Origin: Kudoa neothunni
Taxonomy: Eukaryota; Animalia; Cnidaria
Reading direction: 5' to 3'
Assembly (NCBI GenBank): GCA_964304625.1
Contig: OZ199838.1
Coordinates: 16,207,731 to 16,271,730 of the forward strand
Length of the DNA stretch: 64,000 nt
Below are positions 56,666 to 64,000 of the stretch, one piece after another. Under the pieces are notes generated by a model. The model was not told the origin of the DNA. It did no database searches and worked only from the letters and a program-made list of their open reading frames with translations. A program made the translations under genes and the position numbers. Position 1 is the first letter of the stretch; every line of letters starts with the position of its first letter.

Positions 56666-58888
56666 ATACCAGAATCGGTGGTACCTTTGTACGCACGCGT
56701 CAAAAAATGTCGCGAATTAAACAAAATTCTGTTTTAGGAGCGCGCAGTCGACCACCGGGCACAATTATACACCCAATTCGTGTACCGCGTGATTTATTTT
56801 TTTAAGCTCGCGCATTTATCATCGAACTCATTGCCTTAATACCTACTGAGGTTGCTAATCACACGCCGCGCCCGCTAACGCCAATCTAATTACAGACCGC
56901 CTGGGCACACTATTAATTTATATATGTCATTTTGTGTAACTTTTTTGGATATGCAGCAAATTACTATTTTGATATAATAACGAATCATGAAGTATAACGT
57001 AAAAAAAATAATCGAAAATTAACGCTTTCAAAAATATTTTCCTAATACATTATATATGTGGATTAAAACCATATGAATTTTCGTCAATTATAACAAACGT
57101 ATTTCAAAAGTAATTATTTAAATTATCATATATAGAATATAGTTCATTAATTAAGTTTAAAAGTCAAGTCGTCCCAATTGTCTTAACATTTCCAAAAAGG
57201 GATCTTCCTTGTTTTTCAGATATTTTCGTTTGAAAATATATTTATAGAAATAACTAAGTCAAAATTTAATAATTGATCAATTATCTATATAAAAACCTTG
57301 AGTACAAGTATTTTCTCGTTCCATTAGACGGTAACGAAAGTTTCAACTGACGCCAAATTGATTCAATAGTGTTAGTGTGTGTGCCGTCTTTCGCAACATA
57401 GCACTCACTATGGTTTACCACGCGATGTTGATAACCTAGTGAGGACGACTTTTTATATACTTTCGCTGCATCGGTATGTATAGTGGTACCTAAATACAGT
57501 TATATTGTTTTTATTTAAGATAAAAACCGGGTAAAATGTATTTCTTGATCAATGGTATTAGAGTTTGGTGGTTTCTTTTATTGACTGGGACGGCAATAAT
57601 ACTGTGAGATCCTCGCTCTATACCACCAAATACCCATTGTCCTTCGATAGTTCGGTCGCGATTATACTTGCGTTTCCCGAATTTCGATTCGTCTATTTCG
57701 ACGATTTTACCAGGACCTAACGAAATATTAATTATAAATAGAAAATATAATTACCTCCAATCTTTGGGAATCCATTTGGAGAATTTCTCCACACAGGAAC
57801 CTAAATTTTTTTTTCCAGTCCACAATCCACAAATGAGTTAAAGGAGGAAATCCTTAAATCGGATATTATGAATTTATTCCTACATTCATGGATCCAATAA
57901 TAAATAAGTAATAAGATCGTCTAAAACTATTATATATAATGTTGAGTAAATCAAAATACTTTAATTTTTAACTTTGAAAATTCGAAAATAGAATTCTTAC
58001 GAAGAGAAATAAATTTCCGACATTTTTTATTGTTACATCTCCAAGCAACTTTATCTATAATCATTTTTGTTTCTTTCACCAGTTTCACATTTGGTACATA
58101 CGCCGGCTCTATCTTTTAACAAATTATAAAGTTTGTCGTTGTTCGAGCACAACTTGTATATTTTGTTAGTGTTGAAACTTTTACTTAAATATATTATTCC
58201 GCGATATAATATATAATAAATTGGTTCTAGTAATTCCATAATTTATATAGCATTGTTCTTAAGGATTGAGCATTTAATTGGTTAAATGCTTTTAATCAAT
58301 TATTAACTTTATTATTAATATGAAGTAGCTTTAAATTTGAAATATAAATCATGTTATTTCTGCCGTGGCTTTATGAACTCATATATTAATAATCACATCA
58401 AATATAATTTTCGTAAAATTATTAATCGGGGTCCAAATAGCATAAATAAGACGTTATATATGTACATATATATATTAATTAACTACCTATGATTTCATTA
58501 CATAAATTCTAATAATGTACACTAATAAATCTAAGTACTATTGTAGTAAATCTCATATTATTCTTGTTTTTATTATAATAATTCTAAGTTGCAATCGCAT
58601 TATAATTTATTGGTTTCGTATTTAAACAACATTTAAGTATTGCTGATTTACAATAACCATGTTTAGTTCTTAAAATTAATGATTTACGATTGGTGATTAG
58701 AGTCTTTGAGGATTTTGCCATCAGTATTGTTGACATGTAACCCTAAAAAAATTCCTCAAACTAAAATAGCCGTGAAAATATTGTTTGAAACATAAACGAA
58801 TGCGCCAGCTACAGAATATCAGGCGATTTCTCGCTTTAGAGCGAACCTGATGGGCGCATGCGCACATGAGTACCACCGATTCTGATAT
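56666..58888. repeat. ~35-bp inverted repeats bracketing the Merlin transposase
   Basis: 56666-56701 ATACCAGAATCGGTGGTACCTTTGTACGCACGCGTC versus the reverse complement of ~58853-58888 ATATCAGAATCGGTGGTACTCATGTGCGCATGCGCC. Confidence 0.75.
57157..58239 (-). mobile_element. Merlin (ISXO2/IS1595-like) DDE transposase gene with four short introns; some frameshifts
   Basis: Spliced reading gives CTKC..WRCNN(K)[81 protein letters not shown] and [15 protein letters not shown]. GT-AG introns at 57959-57921, 57754-57717, 57527-57490 and 57296-57254. Confidence 0.9.
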
Positions 58889-61149
58889 GGAGGGAAAATT
58901 TGCGATTTAGGAATAATTCAATCACTCAAAATAGTTGTGAAAAAATTCTCCATTTCCATAGTTAATTGTATTATAAAATATTATTCAAAAGCTACATTAT
59001 ACTCGATTAAAAAATAAAAAATTATTTTTAAATGTTTCTATAGAAACAATACTTTTTTAATTTTGTAAGAAATGTTTAAAAAGTCAGTAACATGTCAAAA
59101 TTATTAATATAAAATAAATTAGACAAATTTGATGATATTAATTCTGAAATTAATGGAATAGTTAACAAAAAGGAAAATTCGTCCCAAAATTTTGAAAGCA
59201 ACCTATGTGGGAAATCTAATAATAAATAACCTAAAATATTGGATTCTATGGAAACATTCCTGCAAAGGCAAGTAAAGAAATTAAACAAACTTTAAAGGAG
59301 GACAAATTTACGAAGTAAACAGATGGTTTATCCGGCTTACTGGTTTTCATGGACAGGTAGATCACAATAAAAACCCAGTCTAAATTACTGTAAGGAAATT
59401 TTTTTAATATTTATAAGTATTTTTATTATTTAAATTCTATATATTAAGAACAGATTAAATCATACAATAAATTTTATAGTGTGTCGCCATTGGGTATTAA
59501 AGTGCACCTCTGATTTACATAGGTTAGGTATTTTAAGGTTAACTCCTTTTAAAGTGAAGTTGAAATTATTAATATTTTTTTTCTGCTCACTCAATTGAGT
59601 TCATTTTTTATACTTCAACGTCTATTCCAGAAATAAATATTATGTATCAAATAGAATTCGCGCTTTGTTTTTTCCTCCGTACCATGCTGCCATCTTTTTT
59701 TTTCATAGTAAATATATTTAATATTATAAAATTTGAAATAAAATAGAAACGATATTTCTTTTATTTAATGTATGTGATGAAACTATAAATTTTTTATATT
59801 AAAATTGTCGTTCAAATTCCATGTGAACAATGTAGAAAGATTATTTGTTAAAATATCACTAGTCCAAATAAATAATAAATTTATATTTAAAATAATTAGA
59901 TATTGTAATTGTGAGTTATTTGGGAAACAAAAGGATAATGACGTTGTTTGAGAATCATTAATTTAACTATTGGGTGGGTCATAGATAATTTATTATCATG
60001 GTGGTAATAACGACGTATAACGTTTTTTAGTGATTGTGAACATCCTTATAATTTATATATCATTCCAATACAATAACTTAAGAAAATAACTTATACAATT
60101 AACGTAATCTTAAATTATTATTAAAAAATATAAATTTAATATATAAGTTAAAAATTAGAAAAAAAATTATTCAATGATAAAAATAATTTCATTACGAGAT
60201 ATAATAATAACAACTAAAATAAATTAACTTATTAGTTCTTATAATTAAAGGAGTCAACAAAAATGAACGTTCTTTTTCATATGCATATTTTATTTCAATT
60301 ATTTTTACACCATTAATACACGGTATCAATAAGTTATGTTAATTCGATTACAAAATTTGAAAATTTAATTAAAAATAATAATAAAATACAATCAAATGAA
60401 TAAATATAATATTCTAACAATCAAACCTTAATATGATGTCCTCCTAGGTTATCTGATCGTAAAATCACGTCATGGCTCTTTTAAGTGTAATTAAGAAAAC
60501 CATTAGGTTGGTCCTTACTAATAGTACCAAATCAAAGAATTGAGGTTTGTTAGTAATAATAGAATATTTCGCATTCATTTTATCATTTTATTGCAACGAT
60601 ATTAACATTTACCAATATAAAAAAATCAAATAAATATTAAAATTATTTTAATAAATTGATTATATATATATATAATTCAATATTAAAGCATCTATTAGGT
60701 AATCTCATTATGAACCACACCATAATTAATTATTATATTTCATCCATAATTAATCTTATATATAAAAATCTTTTATTAAAATTGAAAATAATTTTATTTC
60801 AGTAATTATATGATTAATATTATACAATATTAGATGATTTTTTATGTGAATGAAATGCGAAAGTTGTAAATATTTATTAAATTATGCACAGGTAAAATAT
60901 AATTAATATTAGTGTCTAATAAATTATATTTTAATTATTTTTGAATGCTTAAATAATGTTTGTTCGTTATTTTTCGTTGATTATATCAAAGGAAAGATTG
61001 GCTAATCGTCCCCCCAAATTGAATATTCACCTAGAAAGAAAATCATAGTACGTATTATTTGTTAAAATTTACTACGTATTCACAAAAAACATATAATTTT
61101 ATATTCATATAGAAACGAAATAATGATTCATCAATATTATTCAAGAAAG

Positions 61150-63130
61150 ATGTTGAGTATTTTCATTTATTCCATTTTCATTGGCTATTTCCATAATGTC
61201 ATAAATGAAAACGCTTTAAAATCGACCGTAAAATGTATTATATACAAAAAAAATAATTTATATTTAAAGGAAATATTGGGTTACCTCAACTACAGTAATT
61301 TCATCCTTAAACGTTTTTCTTGTTATTCAGAGGATGCCATAAGTTTTGGCGTCAAATGTTCCGAACAACAAGAATACATCTGCTCAGGTATGAAATCTTA
61401 AAATATTTTTTAATTTTAATTTATAATCAATAAGATTTCACTGATATAAGTTCAAACTCAAGAGTATTACTCGAAAACATGTGCCTTATAGATTATTTCG
61501 ATCATAATATAATGTCAGAAGCTACCGTTACTTTCTTATTACCCGATAAAACATTAGAATCAAGGTATTATGCTAACTATTGATAACGAGTAGTTTCAAC
61601 TCTTTTTGGACACAGTTTGCAATGGGGATATGACTTTTGGTACGATAATGTAGTAGAGCGTAGCATAACAACCGAAAAAAATAATTTTCCAATTTATTAT
61701 TCGAAAATGTCCTCATCAGGAAAAATATTCTATCAATATTTGGAATCCAATATAAATCAGTTCGGCGATCCAGTAACTATTCCGCTATGTTAGCAACAAT
61801 TATTTTTCATTTAAATATATTCTAGTTACTAGGATCATCCGGTAAAAATATGGTAATTTAATATTTCATATAATTTGTTCACTCCAAATCCACATATTTA
61901 TTTAAAAGAGATTATAAAATTAAACATGAAACGAAATTTACATTCAGCTGTATTATAATTTTTTAGATAAATGATGATCATGGTTATATCGCTATTGACA
62001 AAGATGGAATTTCTGTCGGTTATATGACCGAAGGTAATCCTTACAATCCAAAAATAAGCACATACAACGACATAAATCATACTTATTCCTTCTACTCAAA
62101 AATTGTACACGGTTTTCAAGAAGATGAAATCATCCCAATTCTAATATTTTATTTGATAGATGTGATTGAAAAATATTTTTGTAACGTAATATAGTGCTGG
62201 TTTTATAGATCGGAAAATATGCCACCAATAAGAATGGTGATGCTTATATCGCTTTTCCTTGTTCTACAGTAAGTGCAAATCTAAGGCTTTCAGATAGTAA
62301 ATACATCTATCGGCATTTCCAAAGGGAAACTAAAACAACAAAATTTTTTGAATCAATTAAAATTGTCTCCGCTTATAATTTCGATGAATGTGTGAAATTA
62401 ATGAAGGATTCATTGTTGAAAAAAGGTGGTAAGTCATATCCGTGGAGTGCAATAACCGACCAAATGCTTAAAACTGATTTTCCACCAAAAAAGGGAAGCA
62501 GACAATTCGATGTAAAAATCCCTTTGATATTATCCAAATAGTTTATTTATATCTTGGTTAATTGTAGATATACAACTATAAACACAGTTTTGAAATTGAT
62601 AATTACTACCGCCCCTTGGAATCCATTAGATCTTTAACCTCTATATTCAACAGGGAGCCAACTTATGTCAAACCCTTATCGTCGATTTCACCAGATGAAG
62701 CCATTCAAATTCTGAATTACGTGGTTAAAAGGACGTTTGCCTATGTTATCGCCGCCTTCTTTTCTGAATCAGAGTCAATATATGGCAATGATTACGTCTT
62801 TAAGACTCATGTATACAGACAACTTTATAGGAAATACTTAATAATTTTTATTATAGGAAAATAAAATTGGTTGGCAATCACAATTTATTAGTAATCAAAC
62901 CAGTATACGATACTATTTCCATAGTAGATATAATTTCTCCTTAATGCATTGTTAAAAATCTGATAGACCGTAATAAAAACTTCGGCCCCCAAAGCGATAA
63001 TTTGGGAGAAAAAAAAGGATCAGATATAAGGGAAAATAGGGGCTACACAGATTTCATTGAAGATTTCCAAAGGTCTTCACAAGATAGGAAACAGAGATTG
63101 AGATACAGTGACAAAATAACAGACGAATAA
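61150..63130 (+). CDS. Array paralogue 9 (subfamily B, 10 exons), lacking the C-terminal TM; predicted secreted
   Basis: Start MLSIFIYSIFIGYFH (alternative in-frame ATG at 61123). Motifs FGVKC, GYIAIDKD, AFPC, FDEC, YPW, FPPKKG. The last exon from 62967 is hydrophilic and ends ...RLRYSDKITDE* at 63130. Confidence 0.8.
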
Positions 63131-63436
63131 TCGTATTACATTAATATCATAATTCTTAGGTAATTAATTTTAGAAATAAGAATCAATAACGGTTCTCAGT
63201 GCCCACGTTCTATCTCATCATTTACAGTAATAAAAATTTCGTATAAATTGTAAAATTTTGATTATTTTAGCAGAAAAATCTTAATGATCGTCTATTTAAA
63301 CTAACGTTACTTTACGATACCTTCAATAAAATATCTATTCATTCGCCTATAATATTAATTACTTCGATTATATTATACATGGTATCAATCACTGGTATCT
63401 CTGCGTATAATCCATTATCTACTATCTTCAAATATA

Positions 63437-63705
63437 TAATAGCTGAAGTGTTCGTATGTGTGTTGGTAGTAACGCATATGTATCAAAAATTTTTTCTTAT
63501 AGAGAGACATTTATGAAATTTTTTAAAATTGAAATGTTTCAAAAAATATATAAATTATTATAAGCACGTAAAATGTTCCAAGGATTGTTTAGAATATAGC
63601 GATTTTGTCAATTCAAGATTTGTTAAGCGGATTACATCAGTTCAACTGTAGGATTAAAACATGCTTATTTCATGGTGACGATCGGTTGAAGTTAACTTTC
63701 TCCTT
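63437..63705. repeat. Dispersed repeat, copy 2 (shared with 46540-46805)
   Basis: Same blocks, in the same order and orientation as copy 1. Confidence 0.8.
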
Positions 63706-64000
63706 TATAAGAATTATCAAAGGTAAAACTACACGATGAGATCCATCTTAACGTATAAACTTGGCGGGCTAAAAATGTTTTTAGGACATTTTTCTGTACC
63801 AGTCGGATATGTTCGTGAATTGGTCGGAAATATGAATTTGACTTCGTTATTTATTTGCGATTGGGTTATAGAAGTTATTTTTATATTTAAAAATTGTAAA
63901 AAAAAATTATTGAATTTTAAAACATGTTGAGATGATTCCTAAAACGAGGGATTGTGGCAAATGTCATCAAGTATTGGCATTGAAACAGGTCGTAATATTC

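Noticed and set aside
58051-58239. Retroviral gag zinc knuckle (CTKC)
   Set aside because: It belongs to the N-terminal Cys region of the Merlin transposase that follows.
576-63130. Calling the paralogues active apyrases or giving them an ENTPD gene symbol
   Set aside because: The DxG motifs and catalytic Glu are absent, and homology is by-eye only.
63110-63130. ER-retention signal at the paralogue 9 C-terminus
   Set aside because: It ends ITDE, not a KDEL/HDEL-type motif.
699-63930. Short ORF-track entries as standalone genes
   Set aside because: They are exon fragments with intron read-through, antisense shadows of exons, TE remnants or chance ORFs in AT-rich DNA.

Overview
Very AT-rich eukaryotic DNA with tiny GT-AG introns, mostly 38-55 nt. 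This style fits compact-genome parasites such as myxozoans, orthonectids or dicyemids, but the organism is an inference only. The ORF track is fragmented because genes are split into 10-11 short exons. Manual splicing reveals a head-to-tail tandem array of nine highly diverged paralogues on the + strand, about 2-3 kb each. Each encodes a signal peptide, a ~410-aa Cys-containing ectodomain and a variable acidic stalk; eight also have a C-terminal TM helix and short tail. By eye, the ectodomain aligns in order and spacing with all five apyrase-conserved regions of GDA1/CD39 E-NTPDases, but the catalytic and phosphate-binding residues are replaced in every copy. The best reading is an expanded, diversifying family of surface NTPDase-fold pseudoenzymes. 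The array also shows a hypervariable symmetric micro-exon, a candidate intronization event, a 23x30-bp stalk expansion, one TM-less copy and one frameshifted copy. Spacers are filled with decayed, often nested transposons: piggyBac, mariner, a hAT MITE, Helitron-like and SINE-like elements, and a Merlin/ISXO2 transposase carrying four host-sized introns. All alignments were made by eye; no searches were run.
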